From NCBI RefSeq assembly GCF_037042905.1, contig NC_087263.1, positions 13,208,001 through 13,272,000 of the forward strand: DNA of 64,000 nt, written 5' to 3'. Origin of the DNA: Lytechinus pictus (Eukaryota). Shown in pieces: positions 13,930 to 27,459 of this stretch (positions are counted from its first letter, which is position 1; each line of letters begins with the position of its first letter). The notes beneath the pieces are model-generated. The model did not search any database. It was not told the DNA's origin and worked only from the letters and a program-made list of their open reading frames with translations. The position numbers and the translations under genes are program-made.

Positions 13930-14662
13930 TCCTAAAGGTTTTGTACGAGGGCCACCCATTTCCAGTAAGCAATGGGTTAACCTAATATAAATTCTGCCAT
14001 TTGTATAGGCTTTGTACAGGAACTACCTGGTTCCAGAAGGCAATATGTTAACCTCTTGACTACTGAATTCTGTAATTCATATAGACTTTATACAGGGAGT
14101 CAGGCACCAAACTTTTCCAGTAGGCAATGGGTTAACCTGTTGCCAACTGAATTATGTCATTCCCATAGGCTTTGTACTGGACTATGCAGTTCAAGTAGGA
14201 AATGGGTTAACCTGTTGGCTACTAAATTCTGCCATTCACATAGGCTCTGTATAGGAATCACCTGGTTCCAGTAAGCAATGGGTTAACCTGTTGACTACTG
14301 AGTTCTGTCATTCCCATAGGCTTTGTACAGGACTATGCAGTTCCAGTGGGTAATGGGTTAACCTGTTGACAACTGAATTCTATCATTCCCATAGGCTTTA
14401 TACAGGACTATGCAGTTCAAGTAGGAAATGGGTTAACCTGTTGACAACTGAATTCTGTCATTCCCATAGGCTTTATACAGGACTATGCAGTTCAAGTAGG
14501 AAATGGGTTAACCTGTTGACAACTGAATTCTGTCATTCCCATAGGCTTTATACAGGACTATGCAGTTCAAGTAGGAAATGGGTTCAAATGTTGACAACTG
14601 AATTCTGTCATTCATATTGGCTTTGTACAAGGAACAGCTAGTTCCAGGAGGTAACGGGTTAA
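13930..14662 (+). repeat. 75-bp tandem array (~10 units) of TTAA-bounded mini-TIR units
   Basis: Unit TTAA-CCTGTTGAC(T/A)ACTGAA...TTC(C/A)AGTAGG(C/A)AATGGG; GGTTAA recurs every ~75 bp. Confidence 0.95.
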
Positions 14663-14788
14663 AGAACTTAAAATGAATTTTAACAGATCTACCTTATGCA
14701 AGGAGACAGACAAACACAAAAAGGACAAGAAACTATAAAAAAAATTATACAGATGCTAATGTTGTTATTCTATCAATACCCACAGTCT

Positions 14789-15073
14789 GGAGCGTCGTGG
14801 GCAAGTGGATTAGTCTCCGGACTTTGAAACAGAGGGTCGTGGGTTCGAATCCCAGCCATGGCGTAGATTCATCCACAGTGTGCTGCACTCCACCCAGGTG
14901 AGGTAAATGGGTACCTGAAGAAAGTAATTCCTCAAAAAGCTGTGTGCACCTGAATAAGTACTGTAGCCTAACTTAGCCGGGGTAATAATAATAGCAGGGC
15001 CCGTTGGGAGAACCGTTTTCGGAACTGAAGTGGCTACCCTGGGTAAATATACCATTATTATCATCATTATTAT
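14789..15073 (+). mobile_element. tRNA-derived SINE (Deu/Nin-core-like family)
   Basis: A box TGGGCAAGTGG, B box GGTTCGAATCC, core TGCTGCACTCCACCCAGGTGAGGTAAATGGGTACC, (ATT)n tail. Confidence 0.9.
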
Positions 15074-16008
15074 AATCTTTCTTCTGATATCACACAATAT
15101 CGTGCCTTTCTTTCATCATCCTGCACCACCCTACCCCACTCTCTCCCCTTTCTCCTTCCCCCCCCCCCTCCCCTATAGGCCTACCTCTCCTCTTTCTCAC
15201 TCTGTCTCTCGTTAACTCTCATTCTCAAACTTTTTCTCCCTCCTTCTCTCGCTTTCTCTTCTGAAGAGTCTCTCCAAACTCCTTGGCGCCGTGGAGCCTC
15301 ATCCCTTCCAGGCTTTAACTTTCGCACCCTCATTAATTCCTATTTATGTCCTAAACGGACACATCCCGTTTCCATTCGCAGGGAGTCGATTAAAGATGCC
15401 TTGCTCCTTCTCAAAGTCAATGGACGAAGGTCAATTCAAGAATGTTCCGCACCTAAAATCTAGATTCCTTTATCCATCTTCACATACATACAGAAGCAGT
15501 GTTTGAAAAGGATTCAGGTACTTTTGATATATCATCCATGTTTTACATCCGAAAAGAAGGTAGTGAATGAGAAAGCCTTCCAGTCACTTCAAGAAGAACG
15601 CTCTGCAACCAAATTCTTTTATCGTTCTCCGAATAATGGATAAAATCACTTTAAGCTTAGAACATTAAAAGGCAATGCTAGAAAAATGATGTTTTCCATC
15701 ACTCCATCCTTGTCTTCCTTGTCTTACATGGACACATAATGTTTTCATTCACAAAGAAGCAGATAGTCAGTTAGGATGCCTTTTAAAGTAACAGAAGAAG
15801 GTCACCTCAAGAATGATCAGTGGCCAAATACCTTCACCCACTTAAACAAAAATAGATCAAGTCAGCTTAAACTTGAACATGAAGATAGGGCATTAAAAGT
15901 GACACTTCCTAACCTTCCCTGTGTTACATGCATCTTGTTTCCACTAAAAAAATACAAGATTTAGTCAGGATGCTTTCCCCATCTCAGAAATGAAAGTTTT
16001 ATAAACTG

Positions 16009-16188
16009 GGGGCCGTTTCATAAAGCTGTTCGTAAGTTAAGAGCGACTTTAAGAACGACTGGTGATCCTTTCTTACGTGCTAAATAATCACTAACATTAT
16101 GATGGTGAACATCATTTACCACAAGAAAGGATCACCAGTCGCTCTTAAAGTCACTCTTAACTTACGAATAGCTTTATGAAACAGGCCC
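16009..16188. mobile_element. Palindromic MITE with CWG flanks (PIF/Harbinger-like)
   Basis: CTG-GGGGCCGTTTCATAAAGCTGTTCGTAAGTTAAGAG...CTCTTAACTTACGAATAGCTTTATGAAACAGGCCC-CAG. Confidence 0.9.
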
Positions 16189-18011
16189 CAGGTAAATTTG
16201 CACAAGTCAACCTTACATTCACCCACGTTGAAACAATTTTTTGAACAAGATTACGGGGTGGGGAGGAGAGAGGAGAGGGGAGGGGGAGGGGGAGGGGAAT
16301 GGGGAGGGGAGGCTGGAGGGGGTCACAATTGTAATTGACAACAAGTGAGAACAAACTGAGGTCTCAAGCTCAACCTTGAGGAAAGTGTGTCAGGCATAGA
16401 AAATAAGGGGAACGCGAGCCGAATAACAAATAAATTATTCAGGTTTGTAGAAGACGAGTATGAAAAACAGGTCAAATCTGAACCGTTACACCACTAGCAT
16501 GTAAATGGGGCGAGTGAAGGGGCATACAGTGTATAAGAGAAGATCTGTTGATCTAATTTGAGTTTTCACGATGCAAATACTGCTAATGATTAAAAGTTCA
16601 GCTTATTTACAGATAACTAGCTTCTTATATTTCAGAATTTTGTTTTCATTTTCAGAATTTCTTTACAACCCAGTATTACCAAATTTGAAATCATTTTACT
16701 TGACTTGCAAGAGCAAAAAATGAGAGAAATATACTGAAAACCAAGTTTGAGATTGGGGCGGGGCTGATGGAGGGAGAGAGTGGCATGCTGGGATAAGAAT
16801 GGATGGGGGTGAACAGATTCTCTATGAAATCTAACAACTATTATTTTGACCAGGAGTTGTGGGTTTTTTTTATAGATACAACCAAACTGGTATGCAGTAC
16901 AGTACTTGGTTTTCATTTGCATGCATTAAAATAAGACCAAAAGTATGAGGAATGTAGTTCAAATATCATTCAAATATTATTCATTGTATATATTTTAAAA
17001 CAAAATATTCATGCCAGATGAATGAAGTTTGTTAATAAATTCAAATTCAAACCACTGTATCTACATCGAGATAGAAACTCAAAGTTGACTATTACAGGTG
17101 AAAATCACTGCGGTTTTATAGTTTTTATCCATCCCATTCAATAGGGAGAAAGGGGATAGGGGGGGGTGCAATACGCTGAACTCCAAAACCATATTACATC
17201 TGAAAGCGATAGTCAATATACATAATGGCACCATACCTTCAAGAGGCCCCATTCGGACTAGGCCAATCGCAAAGGCCAATTCGCACTAGGCCAATCATGC
17301 TATGAACGCGGTGAGCGCAATCTCGGTTATTTCCGCGGAACGCATCAATAACAAAAAGATGACCTGAAATCAGTGACAAGCAGAAGAGATATGGGGCCAC
17401 ATTTGGGAGGGGAGGGGGGGACTTTATTACTCAGGTGCACCAGGTATAGGGTGATCAAGAAAAAAAGTCATTAAACCTCATCACGAATCCCTACGATTCA
17501 AGTAATCTGAAAATATACCGAACCGAAAAGTAAATAGATCCTGCACAAGAAGGGCTCGTATGAAACTTGAGCAGAACCAGCACATCAGTAGGCATATACC
17601 TGTCCATAGAAAGCACGAATCGGGAGTTTGACACCTTGATAAACCCAAACGATTGACCCGTTATCGACACGAGGCCCTGAGGGTAACCGTTGATGAATTA
17701 TACAGGTGAATCATCTTGGGCAATGGACCACAAGAAGGGGGAAGGGGGGTACCTGTGATTTTGCCAGGATTGATAAGAGAATGACCCACTATATAAAGTG
17801 ATAGATGCTTGGGGGCCTCGGAGAGGTGAAAGAAAGTACGCTCCACGCAGGTGAGAATAAACTTCTGGGTGTGTCATAAAAAAGGGAATATTCTCAGAAC
17901 ATTTCGCTTCTATTCTTAATTTATTATATGCAGAGAACCATCAAAATAGTGAATTACAGTCTTTTGCATCATGAGCCAACACAAATGTTTTGTGAAAAGG
18001 AAATATCCGTT

Positions 18012-18350
18012 TTGATGATGGGGATGAAGATGAGGATGACGACGACGATGATGATGATGTTGATGATGATGATGGTATTGACGTTGATTATGATGATAAA
18101 GATGGTGATGTAGATGAAGATGGTGATAATTTTAATGACGATAACAATGATGACGATGATGGCGATGACAATGGCAATGATGATGATGATGATGAGGAGG
18201 AGGAGGAGGAGGAGGAGGAGGAGGAGGAGGAGGAGGATGCTGATGATCTTAATTGTCATGATGATGGTGATGACATTAAATGTCCATAAATTTCATTATA
18301 TTGATGATAATTGGTGGTGAAAATGGTGATAATAATGGTGCTGATTGTGA
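18012..18350. repeat. Compound (GAT)n/(GAG)n microsatellite
   Basis: Degenerate GAT repeats around a pure (GAG)14 run. Confidence 0.95.
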
Positions 18351-18430
18351 TCAAGGCATCCTGATTACACATAGGGCCTAGACTGTAACCATGCCTGGTG
18401 TCCAAACAAAATCCCCTTTGAGAATCTCTG

Positions 18431-18553
18431 GGGGACCATTTCATCAACATTTTGTCTGACAAGTTGTCAGATCTGACATCTTTCCTTGATTCTGATTGGC
18501 TGAGAGGCACTATATGGGACTTGTCGGATAAACGTCCTTTCATGAAATGCTCC
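18431..18553. mobile_element. Short MITE (TTTCAT...ATGAAA arms, GATTGGCTGA core)
   Basis: Same family at ~23066-23222 and ~55856-56011; related elements at ~24815-24940 and ~36066-36160. Confidence 0.75.
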
Positions 18554-19460
18554 CTGATGTAAACAAACCACTCTCACACCTTTTTCTTCTGAGACACTGT
18601 GTACCACATCTTTCACCATCCAGGTAGAGCAAGGATAAACTCAGGTGTGTAAATGAAGAATGTGGAGAATACTTCACTGAATAATGAGGTCAGAATTCAA
18701 TGCAGGTGTTTCCCAGCAATTGGAGGGTGGGGCCACAAATCAATCCCATTGAGTGAGATAAATTATAACCTGTATTGACCTTTCTCGTGATCCATTTCTC
18801 GGACACTGTGTAGTGAGTAGTACTTCACTAAACACTGCATCAGGGATGAAGTGGCCACACCCAGGCATGAAAGTAATCCAATCTCTACTAAATGTGGGAA
18901 AAGAATTGTATTTAAAAAAAGGAATTGGAATTCATTGGTATTTCACAAAACGACTTCTAGGGTCACTCTGATCGGTAGGGCCTACCATTTACATTGATTT
19001 ATATAGGGTCACCCTGCTTGTACACATCATGTATGAAAATCGTATCCAGGAGGTGAAATGCTATTGTTCCCAGCAATTCATTGTCAATTAAAAACAATCC
19101 TGTCCTCCTTTTCTTACAACTCATTCTCCTTCTCCCCATCCTCCCCTTTCTAACATCCTCAAACAGGCCACTGTTTTACACAACCCACTATGCTTATTTC
19201 TAGCATGGGAACATGGATGTGCCTATATACACACATGCATTCCCCCATATTATATGTTTCTTTGTTATTAAAAAGAACATCAACTTTTTTTCCAATTATT
19301 GTTGAACTTGTAAAGTAAATGTACACAAAATATTGGTGAATGCCAATAATTTTACATAAATTCAATTCCACTCTTAACATGAAGGGAAGTGCATGATCAA
19401 ATACATCATGTACATATCAACCCATCTGTGCTGATATCCCCATGAATACACACACCTTAA

Positions 19461-20043
19461 AGGAGAATGAAACTCTTGGAGCAAGTTAGCTTTTGTGAAA
19501 GCAGAAAAATCAAAGAATAAGATCAACAAAACTTTGAGTAAAATAGGACTAGCAATAAAAGAGTTATGAGCATTTGAATGTCGAGATCAATAATGCTATG
19601 GAGATCCTCCCATTGGCAATGCGACCAAGATCTGTGATGTCACACACGTACAACTCTCCCATTTGGACACTGAAAATATACCCCAAAACATCTCTTTTTG
19701 CTCATTCTAATCATATGACAAACGATTCATCAATGATATAATGTTGTGAAACCTCTGTACTTGTCATCTCATAAAGAGAACACCTCACCTTGTGATAGAC
19801 TCTATAAAAGTGAGAATATAAGTGAAATAAGTACTAAAGTAATGAGGGAGTTGTACGTGTGTGATATCACAGATCTTGGTCGCATTGCCGTTGGGAGGAT
19901 CTACATGGCACTAGTGATCTCAATATTCGAATGCTCATAACTTTCTTATTATTCATTCAATCTTCCTCAAATTTTCAACAATATGTTTCTTTGATTTTTC
20001 TCTTTGATATGGATTCAGCTGGTTTCGAGGGTTTCATTCTCCT
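19461..20043. mobile_element. Kolobok-like MITE with long inverted arms
   Basis: TTAA-AGGAGAATGAAAC...GTTTCATTCTCCT-TTAA; arms are complementary over ~200 bp. Confidence 0.9.
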
Positions 20044-22864
20044 TTAAGCAGAACTATCAGATCAAAACTGAATAATAAACCAAAATACCTTCAGCAATTT
20101 TATGAGACACTGTGTACCACCCCACACAGGTGAGGCAAATGCAATTCATCTCAGGTGAGAGGAAGGATGCAGAATGAGAATATTGCCCAGGACAATGAGG
20201 TCAAATGAATAGCTGATGACAGGTATAGGATGAGGGCATAGTCTGCAAGCACAGACCCTTGGTTTCCACCAAGGAGCTTGTTTCCACATAGTCTATATAA
20301 ATGCAGAGTGTGGAGTATGAGACTAGATTCACACATGTAGGCCTATACTGAGCTGCGGCTGCTTCTACCACATTTGACACAGATAGTGTTTAGTCTAGTC
20401 TCCATTCTAGACATGGCATTAATTGTTAAAGTGTCAAATTGGAGTCTGTGCTTAAAGACTAGGCAAGGACCAGGGATGGAATGAACAGCGCGAGACGAAC
20501 CAGATCCAGATCGAAGAGCTTGGGGTTGATAGCCCTATTTTTATTGCCTTGTAATCTACTAAAATTTCCAATACAAATTTGTATTCATTCATTTCCACAG
20601 TAAATAATACAAAATAATTAGGCCTACATACAGCATACATTCCATATCTTAATTGAGAATAAACAAACTTGAACAAAATATAGATCACTACTGACTTACT
20701 ATTTTAATCACAAGATTTTGTAATGTATAATGTAAAATGAATGTAAATGTCAGTGGAAATAGGGGATCCATTCAAAAGCGTATAGCTAGTACAGAATAAA
20801 ATCTAAAATTCAAAAGACTTGAAGCGCCTATACGCCCTGCTCTACTACAGCTCTTTGCCTTTGATGAGGAAAATATATCCTTTCCCTTTATTGTGGCAAA
20901 TAAATATTCAGAACCAAATAAAAAGAAATTACAATAAATGCAGGGCACAATTTTCATGGTATATGTTGCCTCACAACATGCATTTTTTCTATGTAACTTC
21001 GAAATAGGCCCCCATACATATATGTTTTTACAAAGAACTGGAGAGAAGTTTTTAATGTACAACTGTACAGAAGTTTGTTGAAATGTATTCCCTCATTACC
21101 AAAATGACTAGAGTTATGACTGGAATCACCTTCGATTGTAATATATTTGAAGATCAAACATCTAACTAGCTGTTTAATTATTTTCACAAATAGAAACCAG
21201 AATATCTCTCTCTTACATCAGTAAAGATGTAACTCATCATTGATAAAAATAAGCACTCAATTTATGAATCATCGTTTCTGATTTAGACGAATTTCCCTCA
21301 CACAAATCCAACCCCATTATCAATACCGGGTTAATCCCTACCCTAGATGTGCGATATCATAGGCTTATTTTGCTCTATTTCTACTCAAAGAGAAAAGGAA
21401 TCGTGTGGAATATTTGGCTGCATTCTTCTTAATTTGAAAAAGACAAGCTGGTAAATATGTGACCTTTCAATGTTCTGTTAATTTTCTTGTGTGTGTGTGT
21501 GTGCGTGTGCATGTGGGGGGAGCAGCTAAAATTATTGTCTTCCAATATGGTATGTTTTGCAATTAATAATGGTTACATCTTCCCATAAATGAAAATAATA
21601 CTTTTTTACTCTAATATGTTTTATACTTTAATTTTTTTTTAAATTTAATTTGTCAACTTTCATTTCATTTTATTTACTTTGTGGGGGAGGGGGCAAGTGG
21701 GAATGGACGGGGGGTGATAATTTTACTACTTACCAGAAAATACTCATTCTCACTGATTCACTGGGAGTTGGGTGAAAAAAGGGGACATAACTCTTTTTGT
21801 GTGTTTAGAGAGTATACATGTACACTCGAGTTTGGTACACAATCGATTCTGACTGCGAGAAAAATTGCCCTCTTATGATACCTAATTTACTGCAAATCCC
21901 ATCTCAGCAATTGATGACATTTCTATCAAATTAGGGTTGATTTTAAAGGTTAGCACTCCGTTAACTGGTACTAGTATTGGCCCTACTTGGAAAACTATGT
22001 TATGGTATATCAACAGTGCAGGGGGGGGGGGGTAGGTGGTCACCCATTCTTTGGTCATGTGACACTCATTTGGGGGCAAGCTGTCACCCCCCCCCCCCCA
22101 CCAGGGTAGTTATTATGTTGTTTGACCCCTTCTTGCTCCGCTATGAATTTAATTAAATTTTGTCAAAATGATTTAATAAACCTAAACAATCAATTGACTG
22201 GTGTGGAGCCCCCCAAATGGCATTGTGGGATGTCATGAGAGAGATGTGTCATGGGTCTAGTTGGGGGAGTATATGGGGGGGGGGGCAGGCAAGTGACCAT
22301 ACTTTTTTTTTCTATTGCCTTCCACTCCAGTCGTTTAACACTCATCGTGGATGGGGGGCAAGCTAGGGGCCTGGCACCCTCATAGAAAGTAGCTACGATA
22401 CTTATTGCACCCTCCCCCTCTTTCCCCATCTTTATGACTGTCATTAATTAAATAAAATGTTTTAATAAACCCACACAATCTCTTTCCACTTCTGAATCCC
22501 GGTCATTAACCCATTTAGTGGCAAGACAAAGGGTCTTAGTTTAACAGTCATCGTTCTATCATTAAAAAGATAATTGATGACCTTACTTCAAGACATAAAG
22601 ATCAATTATCTTTCGGTGTCACCCTATTTTCCTGTCAGGATGTGCCTCCTATCAATGAAGTCATAATACTCACAATGTGTGAAAATTCCCTATTTCCTGT
22701 GTCTAAGGCTAAATCAGCATGACAATGAGTGTTAGTCTTGAGTCAAGATAATAAGTGACATTAGCCCTAACGAAGCAAGATAGAGTGACTAAAGATGAAC
22801 AATTGCATTAGGAGCTTTTCGACTAATTGAGCATGATTTAGATTCCGTACAAAGTGAAGTACAT

Positions 22865-23480
22865 TTATACAGAATCTGAAAGTCAACAGATTAGCCCACT
22901 AACTACTGGAACCAAATGGTCACTAAAGCCTATGGGATGTACAGGAATCGGTAGTCAACAGGTTAACCCATTGATTGACTACTGGAACCAAACAATCCCT
23001 GTACAAAGCCTATGGAAAGTACAGAATTCAGTAGTCAACAGGTTAACCATTGCTACTGGAACCAGAGGAGCGTTTCATGAAAAGATTTGTCAGATGTTTT
23101 ATCCGACAAGTCCTGTATCATCCGACAATTACCATAGTAACAGTGCCTCTCAACCAATCAGATTCAAGGAAAGTTGTCAGATCTGACAACTTTTCGGACA
23201 AAAATGTTGATGAAACACTCCCCTGGTTGTCCTTGTACAAGACCTACACGTATGGGAAATAAATGGCGCAAATATTCACTACTGAATGATACGCGCCGCC
23301 GTATAAGCTAAAACAACAACAGAATTCAGTAGTAGGCAAAACCAATTGTTGCCTGCAAATTGGTGGTCCATGAGATATGGGAAGTACTGAATCTGGTAGT
23401 CTACATGTTAGCCCATTGCTACTGGAACCAGATGGTCCCTGTAGTACATCTATGAGAATTACGAAATCCAGTTGTTGATT
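22865..23480 (-). repeat. Decayed array of the same 75-bp unit, interrupted by a MITE at ~23066-23222
   Basis: CAGTAGTCAACAGGTTAACC and CTACTGGAACCA motifs on both sides of the insertion. Confidence 0.8.
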
Positions 23481-23988
23481 GTGCTGAACAGGGTGAACCA
23501 GAAGAACACAAACTTTAGCTGAGATCCTGAGACAAGTTGCTCTATCTCCATCAGCTGCCCGTGCCAGGTCACCACCCCGGCTGACACAAACACAAACAAG
23601 CAGCAACTTGGGGACAACGTCGTGCGAGAGTCACGATGCGTCACAGATGCATCACATCGCCAATTGTTGCATCCATCAGCGCGCTGATTGTCCCTTCCCT
23701 GCAACCCCATTGTTTCCCCGCCTGACTCACAGGAAACAACGAGGGCACACTCACCGCCGCGTCATGACATCATCGGCAGGGAGGGGGGAATCTCCGAGCA
23801 TCCTGGGGATATCATCTTCTCTTCTAATTTTCTTTGACGAATTTGATTTTTTCCTCAAGGACTTTGATTGACAGGGCGAGTCTCTCCTGTTCTATCGTTC
23901 CTATTGTCCAAACTCCAGGTCACCCTGCAGGTTGCCTTTGAAGCGTCCTACAGTTTGAATCAGAGGACCGTGAAGGACTTGCTTTACA

Positions 23989-24011
23989 CATGGATCCTAA
24001 TAGGATCCATG
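23989..24011. mobile_element. 23-bp CATGG...CCATG hairpin, second end sequence
   Basis: CTTTACA-CATGGATCCTAATAGGATCCATG-GTTAACA; flanks match 5/7. Confidence 0.6.
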
Positions 24012-25184
24012 GTTAACACAAGTTGGTCTATTTCTTAGCGATAGTCTGCTACCAATACCGCAAGGAATTAACCCATTTGGTCTATGTTCAATTTTGGTCT
24101 AATTTCTATTTGATGTTGATTACACAATATACAACTGTATCACAAATAAGCTTTCACCCATGTGGTACCAAGTCCTTCTTCTGAAGTTCACTATTCTGAA
24201 GGTTCAATATTACTACAAACTTTATTGCCGGAAGGTTCATTAATTAGAAGATTTATTAATCCAAACATGGTTTATTTTTCGGAAGGCGTGATAGTTCAAA
24301 AAGTGAAGAAAGGTTTGCATACATTGGTAATTTTTCAAACAATCTTGATTTCTATTTTGGACTAGTTATCAAGCCTTAAGAACAACAAATCTTATCTTTT
24401 TCTTGAATTAAAAAATTATTGAAAAAAACAACGTTTGGTTCTTTTTTTAACAAACATTTATATAATGACCAACGTTTGGAATATCACCACAAATGTTCAA
24501 ATTACCAACCTTTTTTTAAATTTTGGGATGAAAAAAAACAGGTTGGTTTATAATAATTGCTTTCAGAATAGCAAACCTTTGGAATGTTGAAATTTCAGAC
24601 TAACAAACTTTCAGAATAACCAGCATCATTTTATGTCATCAGTCACTCATCTCAGATAAGTCACACGTAGTACAGGTCGGTGATTGGTCGATTCAAATCT
24701 CTTCTAATTGTCTTGGTTTTAAGTAATGACGCGTATGAACTTCCAAGTAGCAAGGTGGAAATTAATCTCCTCTGGGATGAGCATCAAGTTGGTTTGATCG
24801 TCATCATCATCAGGTAAACGTTTCATGGACAGTTATATCAGTGTGTTTCACCAACTAATCTGCCCTCGGCCAATCAGTCCCAAGGATTTGCCATAGCGTA
24901 TAACAACAGACAGTGAAAATCGGTTTTGTGAAATGCTCCCCAGGAAAGATAGACCCTCTACCACACATCCCTGGGGACCAATTTTCCCCTCTTTATTTTC
25001 TTGTTAGTGTTTGATTGATAGGCTAATTGTTCACCGATATTGCTCATTTTTTTTTTCCCACAAGACATTACTGTCCAGCAACGCAGCAGGTTGTTTATCA
25101 GGGTGACCCCAAACTTTGATGACCATATAATGACATCATCAGGAAAAACAAGGAAGGGGTATCAATCAAGCGTCTTCACAAGGT

Positions 25185-25498
25185 GGGGGTGACATGGTCT
25201 TGTGGTTTTGAATTTGAATTTCATCTTCCAATCTGAGAGACGTGGGTACGATTCAAAGCCATGGCCTGTCTCCTTTCAGCAAGAAATTTACCCAAGATGT
25301 GCTGCACTCAACCCAGGTGAGGTGAAAGGATACACGGTAGAAAGAAATTTCTTGAATGCTCAAGTGCCCGATCAAGGTAGCCATGCTACAGCCAGGTAAT
25401 AATACCTTATCATGTTAAGCAGGGTCCGCTGAGAGAACAGTTTTAGGAACTGAAGTGGTTACCCTGGATAAAATATGACTCCAGCATCATTATTACTA
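25185..25498 (+). mobile_element. tRNA-derived SINE, same family
   Basis: Decayed A/B boxes, TGTGCTGCACTCAACCCAGGTGAGG core, same tail type as 14789. Confidence 0.85.
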
Positions 25499-25809
25499 AG
25501 AATTCAGTTTTCTGCTTCAATCTAAGGTGTCTTTGTCAGTTCCAATTCTCTTAGACCATATGGGCATTTTAAGACTAAATGACAATTACACCATGGAGAC
25601 CAAGAGATGGTTGGACCAATGGTAGTAAGGCCTAGATCAACCTGACGGTGGGATAGTAAATGGGTTTAGCAATAATGATCAGTGATCTAAGAATTGGACC
25701 TGCTTGAAAACCAAGTAATATAAACCCTTCAAAGTCAACGTGTCTTTGAAGAAACATCATGACAGGCTGTGTCAGTTCCAATTCTGCTACATTTGTTTGG
25801 ACCTTCAAC

Positions 25810-26467
25810 TAAACTGGGTTCCAAAAGAAACTTATCAAACTTCACAAGCGTACTACACAAATTCCACTCAAGTCAAAATTAACAAAATTTTGACACAGGC
25901 TAGCTTTACTATATAAAGCACATGTCAATAATTAAGAGATTGGTTTAATAACAAAGAGGCTGTCAATTGGTTCCGTAATCCAAAGTCACAAAATGGCAAA
26001 AGAAAGACCAATGAAAAGGAGATGTGATTAAACCAAATGGTCATTCTTCGCTCGACTGCTATTGAGTCAATTCATGCTTATGCTTCTTCGACCTCAATGT
26101 ATGTGTTTAAAATGTTAATTTGAACTTCCTCTAGCTTCTTAGATACTGAGGCAATCAATTAAACATGCCGATGGTCATACTGTGAACTTTAATAAACTGA
26201 TAGTTTGTTTAATCCCATCTCATTTTCATTGGTCTTTCTTTTGCCATTTTGTGACTTGGGATTCTGGAACCAATTGATTTGAGGCGCTACAGCCTCTTCG
26301 TTATTAAACCAATCTCTTCATTATTGATATGTGCTTAGTAAAGAATATTGAAGCAAGCCTGTGTCAAAATTTTGTTCATTTTGGCCATGGACCTACCTGT
26401 TTTTACTGAGTGGAATTTGAGTAGTGTGCTTATGAAGTTTGATAAGTTTCTTGTGGAACCCAGTTTA
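25810..26467. mobile_element. Fold-back element with ~230-bp inverted arms
   Basis: TAAACTGGGTTCCA...GAAAGACCAATGAAAA mirrored by TTTTCATTGGTCTTTC...TGGAACCCAGTTTA. Confidence 0.9.
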
Positions 26468-27459
26468 TCAGTCAACGGTAAAAGGAGATTGCTTGCTTTC
26501 AAATGCATAAGAGATACATAACATATTGAATGTGACATTGAACAAGAGGCAGAATCACATTTAAATGAAGAAAAAAATCTTGATTGTATTTGAGAAATTG
26601 GGTCAACTTGAGAATTAGTCAGGTGTCCTTCGACCCTGGGAAATTCTGGGGGAACTCCTATTCACACTCTTTAATCGATGGGTCATCAATGCGGTTAGGG
26701 TGACCCCAAAGATACAAGAGATATGATAAAGACTTGTGTTAAAGTTCGAACTTACTCATAACAGCTTGCCAATGACAAGGTCAAAGACAAATGATTAGAT
26801 TTTTTGTTGCATTCCAGTTTACCCCCCCCCCCTAGATAACATAAATACATAAGGCACTTTTAAGAATATCTTAAACAAATTTCAGAATGGTCACTCACTT
26901 CTTTTCATCGCTACAATTTCACTTTACATAATCATGTCAGGGTTATATTCAACTTTTTAATAATCTGAAACCCAATTCCAGCAAGTTGGAACATTGCAGG
27001 CTTTCCTCATTCCATCCACCAATCTACACAACCTGAAAAAATGTAACCCCCCCAAAAAAAAAAACTATTTTCTTGACTTTATATATTGCAATGCCATTTA
27101 CTCTTTTGGGTTTTTTCTTTGGGGGAGGGCTGTTGTTGACATCTCAATTGCAAGACCAATTTTTACACGTCAACAGGGAAATAATTGACATGGGGGCGAA
27201 AAATGCTAAAGAAACGCCCGGGAAAATATAAAGAGCCCTGGAATATCCGCATTCACTGCAATATCAGAGCTTATCCATCACTGCAGATTTACACAGTAGG
27301 CCTGCGTTGTCAAAAGTTGAAAAGTAGGCCCCATTTTTCCCCCTGCATATCAACAAGTGGATTTTTTTGAACACATTTACATTTTTCTGATTGTGTACTT
27401 TTATATAGTTGCCCCCACCCCCTCCCCTCCTCTCATTGCCCCTTCCATCCTTGTGTTAA

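Noticed and set aside
14056..14641. Cys/His-containing repetitive ORFs, zinc-finger-like at first glance
   Set aside because: The 75-bp unit is a multiple of 3; no C2H2 spacing; the unit is better explained as a TTAA-bounded TIR element.
13930..14662. CRISPR-like regular array
   Set aside because: Whole units repeat with no unique spacers, no cas genes, and the context is eukaryotic.
14789..14860. tRNA gene (also at the other SINE heads)
   Set aside because: A/B boxes run into a shared SINE core and tail; no convincing acceptor stem.
17928..18320. Poly-Met/Arg/Ile ORFs
   Set aside because: Trinucleotide microsatellite artefacts.
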